Below the pieces are notes generated by a model. It was not told the origin of the DNA, made no database searches, and was given only the letters and a program-made list of their open reading frames with translations. This document shows positions 40,554 to 54,964 of a stretch of DNA of 64,000 nt, one piece after another (positions within the stretch are counted from its first letter, which is position 1; each line of letters starts with the position of its first letter). The stretch lies in NCBI GenBank assembly GCA_951406725.2, contig OX597829.1, positions 6,510,001-6,574,000 on the forward strand. The letters run 5' to 3'. The position numbers and the translations under genes are program-made. Source of the stretch: Octopus vulgaris (Eukaryota).

Positions 40554-41199
40554 TTATTATAATTATAGTTGTTGTTGATGTTGTTGTTGTTGTTGCTGTT
40601 GTTGTTGTTGGCCTTTCTTTCGTTCTAACAGAATGCACGCATTTGTTTATTGAAAAGTCTTTTGCCTTTGATTTTGTCTCCAAATGTTGTTTATTGATAT
40701 TTTGTCACCAAACTGTTATCGAACCAAAATGTTGCGTAGGTTTCGGCTGGTTTTGCCGTTTGTGCCCCTTTAGGAGCTCAAATCCGAAATAAAAATATTC
40801 ATTTTGTTTCGAAAAAATTAATTCCATAAACAAACATGGCGCAGACAGTGTTGCTGAAAGATATGAAAGCGGAAATAAGAGGTAGTTCTGATAGACAGGG
40901 GCAAGACGCGGTAGTGCCCTCCTTCTTTTATCCACAAATAAAAGGGGAGCTAGGATCCACAAAGTTCAAAGCTCAGCGGACCAAATTACCCCTAAGACAA
41001 CGAACAGCAGCAGCAAATCCAGCGACATCACAACACAAAGAATTAATTTAAATTACATTGTTGAAATCCTCGCGATAAAGTGGACTATATCAAAGTCATT
41101 GACCTGCACCAGAAATAACAGGTCTACGAACACGACTGCAATTTTCTCTGCCAACGAATAGAATTAGGAAAGCGGAAGAAACAAAAACAACTGAAGTAA

Positions 41200-41500
41200 C
41201 AACAATCATTCAATTGCGAATAACAACGATAACAACACCAAAAACAGAGCTATTCAAGATGGACATGCTCCGGAGAGATATTTGTCGAGGTGAAGCAACT
41301 AAAAAGAAAAAAACTATTTTTATAAATGTGCTTCTAAGCCCAAAGTGGCCGGAGACGTCTATTCAGGTAGATGTAAAAGGTGTACTGAAAGACATAATCC
41401 CCGATATTTGACATGTCTTGAGGGCAAAACAGTTTACTGGTATTTCAGTGCTCTTCAAGTCTGAAGCTCTGGCCGTCAACTCAGTGGTTCCCTCTCAGGT
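41200..41500 (+). mobile_element. Degraded LINE ORF1 fragment
   Basis: QVDVKGVLKDIIPDI*HVLRAKQFTGISVLF aligns with QVDIEKELAEYLPTVKFIARGVKYATVWSLF (30702-31238). Confidence 0.45.
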
Positions 41501-41716
41501 GATATATATATATATATATATATATAAACATTTTTTATCAATGGCCAGCATATCAAAGAATACCTTTAAAGGTTAAATTTATAAATAACTTATAAAATAA
41601 GGGCAAGAGAAAAATTCTAATGCCAAATATGCCGAAAAAAAGACAAAATTGTCAATAACCGTTATAATTTATGCGCCTCGAAACATGCCGATAGAAATTT
41701 CTAAAACATTCCGTTA

Positions 41717-41777
41717 TTACCGTATTGGTCCCAATTTCGGCGTTAATTCATAAGAATTTTCCTCTCGTCAGCGATAA
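41717..41777 (-). ncRNA. Type-I hammerhead ribozyme
   Basis: UUAUCG-CUGACGA-G..AAUUC UUAU GAAUU..C-GAA-AUUGG GA CCAAU-A-CGGUAA. Confidence 0.7.
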
Positions 41778-41955
41778 ATACGTAAGACATAAATGAAATA
41801 CTTACTCATACCCATAGAAAAAGCAAGCACTAAGTACATATTCACGCAGACAGAATCTTAAAATTGATCAATTCATTGGAATATGATCGGGTTCCTGAAA
41901 ATTTTCAACTCAAAGAAAAGAGAGTCAATAAGTTTCATGCAATTTTGTCAGTCCG

Positions 41956-42081
<126 letters not shown>

Positions 42082-42392
42082 AAATATGTATGTGTGAATA
42101 TATTGTGTGGTTTATATCGTATAATAACCACTGGCTTGACAGGAACAACCTGAGGATTGTCGTTTAGAGAGTTATATAGAGAACGAAGTCATCAAGCTCA
42201 TATCATGATTATTTTTTTATAACTGGGTAAACAATAAGCCGTAGCTAGTTTCTCATTAACGATTCGGCTAGCAAAATACATAAATTGTCGGGCTTATAGT
42301 TACGATTTGACCTTTGTATGTACGTATGCATGTACGTGCGCATGCACATACACATCTATCTACCTATCCATCTCTCTCTCTCTGTATGTATG

Positions 42393-42495
<103 letters not shown>

Positions 42496-42710
42496 AATGT
42501 GACCGCGTGTGTACCGTTGGCGATTTTTTTCCTCCGTTTTCCCTTCTTTGGATCTTTCCTTTTCCGCTCGAAACTTTAAACCCTCCTTCTTTCCTTCCTT
42601 CCTGAGCGTCCATGTGCTTTCTCTTTGTGTTTCCATGTTTGGATTAACTATATATATTGGCTAAACTGGCAATATGACCATTCCGAAATATAACAATATA
42701 TATATATATG

Positions 42711-42744
<34 letters not shown>

Positions 42745-42745
<1 letters not shown>

Positions 42746-43010
42746 AGAGTTTACGAAAAAAAACAAAAGACGAAGACAGGTGGTGTACAAAACAAACAGA
42801 TGTATTAGTATAACACTCAGGAATAGAAAAAGTCTTCGCGATATATATATATCGTCATTATAGATCGTTAGCCACTACACACATTTTTTTTATTCCTTGT
42901 TTCTCTCCTTGTTTTTTCTGTGCCCCTTTCTGTAGAAGAGCGTAGGCTCGAAACGTAAAAGACTTTTTCTATTCCCGAGCGTTATACTAATACATCGGTT
43001 TGTTTTCTGT
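42745..43010. mobile_element. HHR module with inverted partial copy, in (TA)n
   Basis: 42790-42836 is the reverse complement of 42959-43005. Confidence 0.7.
42926..42961 (+). ncRNA. Minimal hammerhead-like motif with altered core
   Basis: CUUU-CUGUAGA-A-GAGC GUAG GCUC-GAA-ACGU-A-AAAG (A6 replaced by U). Confidence 0.55.
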
Positions 43011-43531
43011 CTACTGCCTTCAACAAGTCAACAACGGCATTTCCTGTCCTCGTAAGCCGTTCTTCAGAATACGTTCAAATGAATTTTTCCACCGTCTAGG
43101 CTGAAAAAGCCCTTATCGTTTGTTTCTCCTTGTCCTGTCTTTTACTGTTTTTATCTTTATTTGTACTGTTCTTATCTTTATTTGTATTGTTTTTACTGCC
43201 CTGTTCTTGTCACCCTTTTTACCCCTAAGCAAAATAATTTTATAGAATTTGATTTGCGGGAAGGATTGTTTCAAAGGATTGTGTCCTACCCTTACCTTCG
43301 AAACACGCAATAAGTCGAAACAGGGGCAGCTGAAGAAGAGGAAGGTTCTTTGTGTTGTATGTCTTGTACTCTGTTTATTCGTTGTTAAAAAAAGTCCGTT
43401 TCCTTGTTTTGTTTTTATATTTTCGTTTCTCGTTGTGTTCTACGTTTATTTGTGGTGTCCTGTACCCATATATGCATGTATATATACATATAGATGTAGG
43501 TATGCATATGTTTTATTTATTAAATTGTTAT

Positions 43532-43580
<49 letters not shown>

Positions 43581-44106
43581 CACTCACAAATATGACATTA
43601 CTATTAAATAAATAAATGTTTATTATACGGCTAACTATTTTCAACAACACCTGCAATTTCCTGACTTCATGTTATTGCAAATCACTCCAAGAAGATAGAA
43701 GTGGGTTTGAAATCTTATTTAAACCGATGGATTATGTTTCATTTTCTTGCTTACTTTTTCACTTTTGCTTCCACATACATTTCTTTGTTCATTTACGTTT
43801 TACTTTTGCCTAATTAGGAGTCATTAGTTTAAATAGATATTTTTTACTAGCTCGAAATATTCTGAGTATCAGATAACATAGAGCTGTAGCCATGATATTT
43901 CTTAATGTTTTCTTGTTTTGCTCTTGTCTTCTTTCTTTTGTTTTATTTTCTTATTCATTTCTTGCTTATACTCTTTAGAGTGATAGCTTATCTTTTTACA
44001 CATATTAGAGAGAAAGCTGGTCCAAAATGTTTTTATTTACATATACATGCATACACACAGGCATGCACATATACACACATATTCACACATGCAAATAAAT
44101 ATACAT

Positions 44107-44155
<49 letters not shown>

Positions 44156-46099
44156 CACAATCTTTATTTATTTAGTCATATGTGTGATCAAACTTTTCTT
44201 TACAATTAACTAAGAAATAAACAAAGGAAAAGTTAGATAAAGCATACAATTTGGAAGAAACAAATTAAATCATGGTATCTGAGCAAAGTGCATAACATCC
44301 TGAAAAATCATGATATAAGGCGTAAATCATCACATTGACAAAACATGCATCTATGCCACTCTGATGCATAGGAAAATCTTCATTTTTCTTTCCTTTTTTC
44401 CAGTGTATCTCAGTAATCTTCAGCCAAGACACAATAGAATATTTATGAGAATAAATGTATCATTATGTCGATCATATCAACTATATATTTAACTGAAAAG
44501 AAATGAAAGATCACTCTTGACACCCCAATATTCAAAGTCAAATGCTTATGGCTTTTAACTAGATACTGCATGCTATTTTGTGAGTCCGACTAATAGGTGC
44601 GGAGAACAAATTAAACGGAAACCTTGAGCTTTTAATTAGAAACTAAAAATTGCTTAGCTGATTACTGTGTGATCTCTGTTGGTGGGCTATACTTATCTAT
44701 CAACTTCTTTTGGAATGCACTCAAACATTCTCATGGAGTGATTGAAATGATGGTTATCTATTAAAACTTTTGTCAGCTCGGTTTCATTTTGTTTCATAGA
44801 TGAAATGTGGGATTGTTTATGTAGATCACATCAGATAAGCTATAATATGTGAGTGCTCTAAACAATGCTACACTTTTCATCGATGATATATACACGCATA
44901 AGATGTGAACTACCTAAGCGGCAACAACTTTACCACAGAAAACAAAAACATAAGCTTGTGATTGGTGCGCCAGCTAGAACAAAACTTCTGAGAGTGAGAC
45001 TGTTGCGAGAGCGCATTTGTTCTTATAACAACCTATCTTTTCTGCCATGTTGTTATGGAATGGGAGCTACGTAAAGGTTTTTAGTAGTACTATGAGAAGG
45101 AAGTTGAAAAATGCAAATGATAACATTGACCATAGTTCTATTGAATCAAGAATATCTGTGTTAAACAACACCGAGGACAATCTGCTATTGCGATTTGTTC
45201 CACCATGTGATATTTAATGGCAGCTAGGCATAGTTGACTTGAAATATGCCAGCTAAATCGATCCACCATAACTTCATACACAAAGTATTAGACCAAGTCC
45301 ATGGTTTGGCTGTTTTCAGCTCTTGTTTTGTCAGTAATGTAGTGTGTTTGGCATCTATAATGAAATTCGAATCATCGACTCTCGAAGCTTCATTAGTATA
45401 TTAAATTTCAAGAGTCTAGATTAAAATTGAATTTATTTGTAATCTTATATGCAATGCGCTAATTAGTTTACCTTTTAGGGAATTTACGAGGCACACCAAA
45501 GATGTAAATTAACTCTGTCAGAATATATTTCAGGCTTTTTCGGAATATATTTTGCAGAATAACTTCAAAAGGATTCTTGTGAGTATATCACATTCTAAGA
45601 TTCCAGATCTATTTCAGTATATTACAAAAAAATAAAAAACATTTACTTCGGATTTGTTGAAGAAAATTCGACATAGTTATATGTTGCATATGTACTCTTA
45701 ATTACTATTAGCAAAAAACATGAAAATATGAATAATTTATTTTCAGTTAACAAGTACCAAGAATTAAGGAGTGAAATCTCATTAATATTGATCAAACATG
45801 ATCGAACAAACATAAAAATATTCTATATTTGCACTTACATATCTTACATATCATTTTTAATCATATTACGTAATATCTGCTGTCGCGTGTAAAATTACAC
45901 GATATGAATCCTTATGTCATTCGTCATTTATTTTCTACATTCAAACAGAAGCGCCCTAGAATTATGACGCCAAATTTCCACTGAATTCATGAACCGAAAC
46001 TTGACACCCTCTAAGGTGTCTTGTCATTCTCATTTCCAATAAAACTCGATCGCGCTGACATATCAAGAGATTTGATGTCTCTCTCAAAAACTCATCAAT

Positions 46100-46900
46100 C
46101 TCTTCTACACAGACATACAACTCCTCTCGCGGTCTTTTCAACCGTGCTATTCTCTCTTCCAAGTAGAGCTAGTTGTTTCTATGCCATATCCATTTAGGTA
46201 CAACTGCCTCACTTGTTTGTCTGTCATGCGTCAACCAATTTTTGCTTCACGAGTCTTGCAATAATACGTCTAGTCAATACTCCTCAGACAGTCGGTTGTC
46301 TATAGTCCCTACGCTTCTCATGCTTTGCCCACATCTGTCCATTTGTATCAATACAGATATAACATTGAAGTATAAATCACACTGGGTTTACTGTCTCGGG
46401 GGATAGGAAAAGATATAGCGGGCAAAATGTTAGTTATTCTGGAACTGTACATTTTAAAGTTGAAATACCGCCAAAGGTCTGTAAATTACCAGTCCCTGAC
46501 AGCGGCCTCGTGAAGACGTTCAAAGACCAACTGTATTTCTTCAGGATTTTAATATTTTCAGTTCGACATTCGTCACACTATTAAAGTAATCTGTCACCTC
46601 CGATCCATATTTCATATTATTCTCCTACTATCCCGAAATCCATCCAGCGCATATCACGATGCAACTAGTTGTGTAATAAGCAGTGCTTTCTCAGAATAAA
46701 CGCCTCATTTGAGGCCGCAGAAAATTACTTTCCTATTAAGCTCTATGGTTATATTAAGCTGGTTTAACATTTGTCATAAATTTACCATATTGTTGGTTAT
46801 ACAATACTCACGTAGCAGAACCGAATACATGCCAAAATAACGCTGAGATTTCTTCTGCTTTTCTGCTTTCGTCCCATATCCAGCTTAGGGAAGTGCGACT
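46100..46900 (-). mobile_element. Possible highly degraded PLE thumb/GIY-YIG relic
   Basis: Weak broken-frame similarity (VIY.., LEERIARLKRP). Confidence 0.3.
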
Positions 46901-46939
46901 TAACGACGGTTCAGTGTATATATATATATTTAAATATAT

Positions 46940-49725
46940 ATAAGAAATTAAAAAAAGGAAAATACGCACACTTACATAGTTTTAATATAATTTTTAATAT
47001 ATCGACCGGTTTCGCAATCGCTATTCATGATATTATGTTTTACTTATTTGAATATATATTTTTCTTAAGAAGAAATTTGGTCCATGTTGTGTGTGATGAA
47101 ATTCAAGAGTAAATGACTTCACAAGTAGATAAATAAAGGGAGGTAATTGGTTGTTATTATTGTTATTGTTGTGAGTAAGGGAGATAACTGTTCAGCTTTC
47201 GGTAATGGGTGGGGATGATATATGTGTACAGATAGAGACAAGTTTCAATCACGGTACATAAATTGAAATAATGTAAAAATTGAATTGAAATATGTAAAAA
47301 GATAAAAGTTGGTTATCCGTGCATATTAAGACGTGTTTTGTATTTTTCAATTAAAAAAGTTTCTTTATTTAAACGTTCTAGTTGAGAGATTGCGTCTTTG
47401 CACTGGTAGAAAGGGAAGACTGTGAAATTTGGTTTGATGTTGCCTGCACATTTTTCTATATGTTTACTGAAAGGAATTTGTCTGTATTGTGGGAAACGGA
47501 TTTGCTCCTTATGTAGAGTGGTTCTCTTTCTCAAGGTCATACTCGTTTGTCCAATATAGTGGTGTCCGCATCCCGAGCAGGTTATTACATAAATTAGGTT
47601 CTCAGAGGCACAAGTGAAACTATTTTTAATTGTGAACCTCTGACCTTGTTTGAAAAGGAAATCCGAGCCTTCAAACAGGTTGGGGCAGGTTCCACAGTTT
47701 TGGCGTCCATATTTTTCAACCGTTAGTTTCGTGGTTGTTTTGTAAAGCTTTTGCTAGTAGTCTCTTTAGCGATTTGTCTTGTTTTTTTGCATTTGATGAG
47801 TTTGTGTGTTTTCAGGATGTCGTTCATTTTTGGGTCTCTAGTTAGTAAAGGAAGAGTTTGCACAATAGTGTTGAATGCCTCACTGTTTCTGGGGTTGTGT
47901 GTTGATATAATAGTAATGTTTTGAGTTGAGGTGTGATGTTATGTTTTGTTGTTCTCAGTGTTTTTGTGTTTAATTGTTTGGCACGTTTAATTCCCTCGTC
48001 GATAAGAGAGGGTGGATATTGTCTTTCAATAAGTGTTGTTTTGAGGTCTTGAAGACGGTCCCGAGTTGTTCTATCAGACACTATTGTGCAAATCCTTTTT
48101 GCTAAGTTGAAAGGGATGTTTATTTTGATGTGTTTCGGGTAGCATGAGTTAAAGAGACGATATTGTTTTGAATCAGTTGGTTTATAATAAATGTCAGTTA
48201 TGATTTCATTGTTAAATTATTTATCATGATATCTAAAAATGGGAGTTGTTCTTTGTTATACTCCATTGTGAATTGAATGTTACTATTTATGTCATTTAGT
48301 GTTGTTTTGAAATCCAAAAGTTTGTCGATGTTCTCCTTCCAGATGATAAAGCAGTCATCTAGGTATCTCTTCCGGTTTTCTCTTATGTAGAGGTAAAATG
48401 GGTAACTATATTTCTGAAGTGATACTTCATATAAGGTGAATTCAAAGTAAGCCATTATTAGGTTCGCAAGAACAGGAGCTGCTTTCATCCCCATCGCAAT
48501 TCCGCATTTCTGACGATAGTATGTGTCATCAAATAGGAAATAATTGTTCTGAAGTATAAATTTTAAGGATTCAATAATAAAGGTCTGGTTTATGCGTTCC
48601 GGGGGGACTTCGGGGTACTTTTCCAACCAGAATTTACTTGCTTTTATTCCATAGTCATGGGGGATGTTGGTGTAAAGATTGATAACATCGAGGGTGACCA
48701 ATATTGCCTCTTCATTAATCGTTTTTGGTAGGTGTTCTAGCATATCTAAATCATCTCTAATGAAGCTTTTGAAGTATTTCAGCAAGAGTTTCAGTAGGAT
48801 GTCTAGAAAATTGCTTAGGCGGTGGGTTTCACAGGCCGGCCCAGCTACAATGGGTCTTAAAGTCAAGTCTTCTGGCGTTTGGATATTTATATATTTGCCT
48901 GGTGACTGTTTGCAGGCTTCATTGATTATCTTGCTCTTGTGTATTTTAGGGAGGCCGTAAAAAAGACTGGGTTTACATTTGAAGTTCGTGATGTAGTCTG
49001 TTTCTTTTTCTCTCAGACCTTTTCCATGTAGAAGAATTAAGGATGCAAGATTTTTCATTGTTTTTTTGTTGTTTATAGTTTATAACTTTTTCGTAGAAGG
49101 CCTCGTTTTCTAGTATGGATGGTACTAGTTTTTAATAGTGTTCTGTGTCCATCAGAACTACAGTACTTCCTTTGTCAGCTTTAATTGTCAGGTCTTTGTC
49201 GTTTTGTAGTTCAGTCCGATTTTTCCATTCTAGATTGTTGAGGTTAGGATTAATTTTTCGTTTAATGGATGTGTTGGGGAAATTTTGGATATGGTTGCAG
49301 AAGTCATCCAGTGTTTTATTCCTACCCTTATGTGGAAGGTAATTGCTTCTGTTTTTGACTAGTGATTCATCTTCATTGTCATAGTCAGTTAGTGCTTCTG
49401 CGGGTATAGTTTTCTGCAGAATATTGTCATTAATTTCATTATGGTTAGATCTTCGTAGGGTTGGGGTGAACTTTAAACCTTTGGCTAGTATATTGATTTT
49501 TGTTACGTATAGAGTTTTCTTTGATAAGTTAATCACTTTGGGTTTCTCCTGTACGTTTTGTTCCAACGTGTGTCCCTGTTCCTCCCCACTTGGTCTAAAA
49601 AATGTTGATTGTAATTCGGTTGGTAGAATTTATCATTGGTGTTATTATTGTTATTAATTAAATCAGTATTATTAGTACTTATTATATTCGGGTTGCTGGG
49701 GGGCTGGTGTTGGTGCCTGGGTAAA
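46940..49725 (-). mobile_element. Penelope-like element, Neptune-type, frameshifted RT + GIY-YIG
   Basis: VINLS..LAKGLKFTPT, KADKG, FYGLPKIHK, RPIVAG, LDVINLYTNIPH, GIAMG, RYLDDCF, LPFLD, LIYVITCSGC..YIGQT..RTTLH; TA-rich runs at both ends. Confidence 0.93.
46999..47033 (-). ncRNA. Minimal hammerhead variant with A3:U8 core in PLE 3' region
   Basis: AUAUC-AUGAAUA-GC GAUU GC-GAA-ACCGGU-C-GAUAU. Confidence 0.75.
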
Positions 49726-49755
49726 CTGTATGTATATATATATATATATATATAC

Positions 49756-49788
<33 letters not shown>

Positions 49789-49940
49789 TGTATGTATGTA
49801 TGTATGTATGTATGTATGTATGTATGCATGTATGTATGTATTATGTATGTTTGTGTGTTTGTGTGTGTAATACATATGTGTGAGTAACACATATGTGGTT
49901 GTGTGCATAATACATATGTACATACATACAAATATATAAG

Positions 49941-49987
<47 letters not shown>

Positions 49988-50149
49988 ACGTATGCATATA
50001 TATACATGTATAGAAACTAATGTGGAGAAACATTGCGAAAACGTAAAAAGTAAACATAAAAAATGAAAAGCAATTTAAGGGAAAATGATTTTGATTTCCT
50101 CATTTTTAGATACAAAACGAAGTAATTTCATGAAATACCGAAAATGAAG

Positions 50150-51300
50150 CTATATAGAGAATTGCATATCATTTTGCCGGCCCTCCATGGACCGTATATC
50201 AAGATTCTAGAAGCGACAGATTTAGGGTCGTTCTCAATTGTCGCAGGATCAACATCATACACCAATGATTAAGGAATATACTGGACATCGTATTAAAACC
50301 ATGATGAACGTTGGCGCTCAGTTCCATTATAGAGATGAAATAGCCATACAAAATAACTTTCTAGAAAGAGTGAATATGGTCAATCCGGTTAGTTTCTATG
50401 TTACTAATCAAATATCCCCTATAGATTATGATTTGAAGCAGTAAAACTCTGGATTATCAAATATCTATGGAATATACAGGAAAGTTTTTTTAAAAATCTA
50501 TATTAGGTTGATTACGACTGATGACAGAAAACATCTATTCCCTTGAAAACTAACAATGTCTTTAAATAAAAGAGACGTCAAAAGACACAACGTTGCACAA
50601 ACAACTGCAACACTAGTGATGGCATTACTAGAAAACAGAGCTATACACTTTCAAAGATTACTTTTAATCAACATTTTCAAGCCTATTAGAAAACTTGGAA
50701 GATTCCTAAAAGATTGTTTCCTAGGTTGGAAGAGAAATGAGCATAACTTAAGACGATTCCTTAAATTAATACATGGCACTCATAAATCGACCTAGTTCAC
50801 TATATAAATGAATGAAAGGTAACTTCCCTTTTGAATTATCGTCTAATTAAAGGAAATCAGACTGCTACAATTGACCTCAACTGCAAGGACATGGACACAC
50901 TCCAATACTTATATTATAATGTTTGTCTCCCGCTCCATACAGAAGTGAAAACCCAATTGAATGTGCCGAGATATACGTTCAAAAGTCATGGATACAAGTA
51001 AACAAGGAACAACTACTAAATCTAGAATATTCCTTCAATAATAAGATTACCCAAAGAACTTAGTAAAACAGGTCATAACCAAGGCAAAGATAATCTCAAT
51101 ATTTGTATTACGGAATTCCTCGCTGACGGTGATGACAAAAAACAAAAGCATGAATATTCCATTTGTAGTCACTTATAATCCTAGAAAACATAACATTTTA
51201 CATTCAACCAAATCTGAGACCTATGCTGTGAGACGTGAATTTATTGAATAGGGCAAAACCGTGAAATATATAGATTGGGAAGGAACTGAAATGTTAATTA
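50150..51300 (+). mobile_element. Degraded PLE RT relic
   Basis: RFLKDCFLGW, FT..LPF, KDMDTLQYL homologous to the 47-49 kb element. Confidence 0.6.
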
Positions 51301-51635
51301 AATACGAATTGCATTTACTAGATCACGTCATTTTGCGATGATCATAGTATCAGCAAAAGCAGAGAGCAAATATTGACATCTTAAGAATATTTCATGAAAT
51401 GAACATTTAAATATTTGTTCAAACGAAAGACAAAAGTTGTGTATATTAAAGGAATACGTTATCCGACATGGAAGCAGAGATGGTAAATACCGCCTCTGTA
51501 CAGATTACCTAATAGCATAAGTGTTTGAAAAATTGGAAACTGCGAAAATCCCTAAACACTATACGAAAATTGACATCTGTATGTTTCTTGTTCATTTGCT
51601 TATTCTGCTTTATTTGAAGATGTTCATATATGTAT

Positions 51636-52042
51636 AGGCGCAGGAGTGGCTGTGTGATAAGAAGCTTCCTTCCAAACAACATGATTCCTGGTTCTGTCCC
51701 ATTGTGTGACACCTTGGGTAAGTGTCTTCTACTATAGCCTCGAGCCGACCAAAACTTGTGAGTGGATGTGGTAGAGGGAAACTGAAAGAAGCCCGTCGTA
51801 TATATGTGTGTGTGTGTGCGTGTGTGTGTATCTGTGTGTCTGTGTTTGTCCCCTCCATCATCACTTGATGACCGGTGTTGTTGTGTTACTTTCCCCATGA
51901 CTTAGCTGTTCGGCAAAAAAATCCGATAGAATAAATACAAAGCTTACCAAGTATAAGTCTTGGGGTAAATTTGTTCGAGTAAATGGTGGTGCTCTAGCAT
52001 GACCGCAGTCAAATGACTGAAACAAGTAAAAGAATAAAAGAA
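51636..52042 (+). mobile_element. SINE family 1, full length
   Basis: GGCGCAGGAGTGGCTGTGTG head to GAAACAAGTAAAAGA tail. Confidence 0.9.
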
Positions 52043-52078
52043 TATATATATATATGTATATCTATATATATATATATG

Positions 52079-52117
<39 letters not shown>

Positions 52118-52512
52118 GTGTATGTATGTATGTATGTATAAAAACATGCATATATATGTACATATAAATAAGGATAAGGGAATTTATAGAAGGAGCACAT
52201 CCAGGCAATCCATAAAAATTCCAAAGCCTAATTTAAAACGCACAACGAAATAAATATGCATATAAATTCATAAATCAGTGAACAAAATTGCATGTAAAAG
52301 TCATATGCGAAAACTATGCATCATGGTTCAGGTACAGAATGGAGGAGCGACAAATAAAGAGATAAAAATGCGAGGTAAGGGCTTCCAAAAGGAACTTTTC
52401 GAATCGACTAAGAATTTGACGTTTATACTATATGTCTGATGAGAGTTCAAAATTTAAAACTTCAGATAGATAAATGTAATCAGATCCAGGTGAATTCGGG
52501 GGAAAAGGATAT

Positions 52513-52602
52513 CATCTACGGTCGTTTCAGGGTTTCAATAAATGTATAAAATGCGTTTTAAGTATTCCAAATAGAGAAACATAATACCCCCTCATCTGGG
52601 TG
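52513..52602 (-). ncRNA. Degenerate hammerhead ribozyme
   Basis: CACC-CAGAUGA-GGG..CCCU-GAA-ACGACCGU-A-GAUG. Confidence 0.45.
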
Positions 52603-52639
52603 GTTTCCTTCGTGATGAAATCCTACATGGTAATAATTT

Positions 52640-54680
52640 GATAGATTAAATAACTCGATACATTACTAAGCCTTTTCCATTCTGTTCTTATCGCTATTTG
52701 CAGAGCGAACGAACTTTTGGTATTGACGAATATCCCTGTAAAAACTGCTTAGACTAATTCATTAATTTGAGCGCCGTTACACCAGTCTGTGAAAGCTCTT
52801 TGGTCGACTATATAGATGCCAAATGTGTGATCTGTATCACCGACGACTTAGAAGAATCTGCATTATCTCTACCTACTGACCAACAGAGTATTCTGATAAA
52901 AAAAACTGGATGATCCCATGTGGTTTGTCCCCATCGTCACTTCCGGGCTTTCTAATCGTAAATTTCTTTAAACATCTCAAGAGTTGTGTAAGCGTTTTAC
53001 ATTACCCTCTCCTCTCAGCATGCATCGAAAAAAACTTTTCAAATTTCTCTTTAGCAACAACTAGAAGGATATTACCAGAAAAGATTCCGGCCACCAGAAG
53101 AAATCTGGACGTCCCGCTATAGCTGGGTCGTAGACGGCTACTAATCGGAAGGAAGGGGTTTCGAGGCTGGCAGCAAGAGAAACTTCACATTTGACTCCAA
53201 ATAAATAGTGGATATTGTAAATTGCAGATATTTTTCGATATGTTCAATTCTGGCCTCGCTAACAACCATCAATCTGTGTCTAAAAGCCTGAGGTTACTCA
53301 GCAAAAAGCTTTGCTTCCAAATTAATACCATTACTTGCAAATTATTGACTCTGTGGGCCATTTTATCAGCAGGAGAGAAAAAGAAGGGAAATGGCTGCTC
53401 ACCTTGGGCTTTGGAGAGCACGTTTGATTCTACCTCTTTGCTGATTGAGCTGGAAATTTTGAAATGTTTTTGTCCAACCTCAAATGGAAAATTTCCTTTT
53501 AACTCCGTGCATGACAGTGAATCAGTTTGACTAGGAATCTATTTCCATCAGTTCAATAATACTCTTTCGAACAACATTGAAGATGATATGGTTTTGCTGT
53601 TGTTGTTGGTTTTGTCTTTTCTTTGGTGATTGCGTTTCAGAGAATGTTTGTGATTTTCATTTAAAGTTGTGTTGCTTTTTTTGGTGTTTATATTCTTTAT
53701 ATTTTTTGTTATTGAGATTTTGCTACAGCTTTTAATCTGTTGTGCCATTAGAGAGTTCTCTACCACTGTATTTATATGAATCGGCTAGTTTCACCTGATA
53801 TTTTATTCCCTCTTTCACAGATCTCTTCAGTCTGTCTTTTTTCTTTTCTGGTGAGGTGGTGGTGGGGTCCATCTTCAGCATTTTGCGTTTATTCCTTGTC
53901 CGGAGAGTTCTGTAATAGTTGATGGGAAATATGAATCTGGAATTATACGGATCTTTCTGTTTGTCTTTTGTGATGAGTGATGAAAACATTCTTCGAATGG
54001 TTTTGTGGGGATAGAGCGTTTGTTCCATTTCATGGTCTGATGTTTTGAGAATATCTTTTGTCGAATTTGTTAGTGTTGAAGATTTTGTTGTTCTTGTTGG
54101 TGATGCTGTTTTAGTGGTTGTTATTTAGATTTCTTAGTGCTCTTATGCCTGTTGCTGATGCAGGCAATGTTGTAGTTGTTCTTCATGTGTTTTGAATGTA
54201 GAATGCACAGGAGTACCCGGAATTGTTTCCATATTTTGTCTTGACCTAGTAGGATAACTTCTAACCGATTTCCGGAAGTACCTCCATCGGCCCATCTTAA
54301 TATCTATGAAGGAATCGGCCCTCTTCCCGAATAACGTGAGCGACCGCCAATCAGATTGAAATATCAACGACAGGTCCCAAATATTAATTTTCAGCAAACG
54401 GCTGTCTTGGTATGTTAGAAGGAGACCGAAACGTCTCATGAACGGGGCAACAAAATGCTTTTGCATATTTGTGGCTCAGAAAGGAATTTACCTTTGACTT
54501 TGTTGTTTTCCAATAATGAAGTCAGTATCACTCCAAATTCCACTCAAGCATTCTTTAGTTCGAGCATGACGATGCCGTTTTGTGTGTGTGAGAGAGGGGA
54601 AATATTTCCATTCGTCTTCTTACCCAACATACACCGGTTTTTTCCTTCAAAGATTTCTGCTGGAGCAACGAATACTTAAA
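52640..54680 (-). mobile_element. Degraded Tx1/L1-clade LINE 5' half (ORF1 + APE endonuclease)
   Basis: FRLVAVYDPAIAGRPDFF, VVGDTDH (SDH motif); LLLTYQDSRLLKINIWDL..QSDW aligns to ORF1 at 30.8 kb. Confidence 0.6.
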
Positions 54681-54930
54681 CGATCTCTGAATGCTCCTCT
54701 CACTACTCTCTATGTGGACATAACAGATAGCAGTAACGACAGCAACAACAATCGATAAGCTGAACAAAATATCACATAAGTAAAAGAACAATAATAACAA
54801 GAAGCGTTTCTATTGTGTTTTCAAAATGGATGAGTTGTTCCGCTCATCTCAGATTGCTGCTTTTCATCCAGAAATATAAATTTTATATTTTGGATTTGTC
54901 TTGCAGATGAACAAGTTGCCCTTGACTCAC

Positions 54931-54964
<34 letters not shown>

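Noticed and set aside
43290-43350. Permuted HHR in the 26165/43280 repeat family
   Set aside because: GAAA and CUGAAGA are present but I could not close stems I and III consistently
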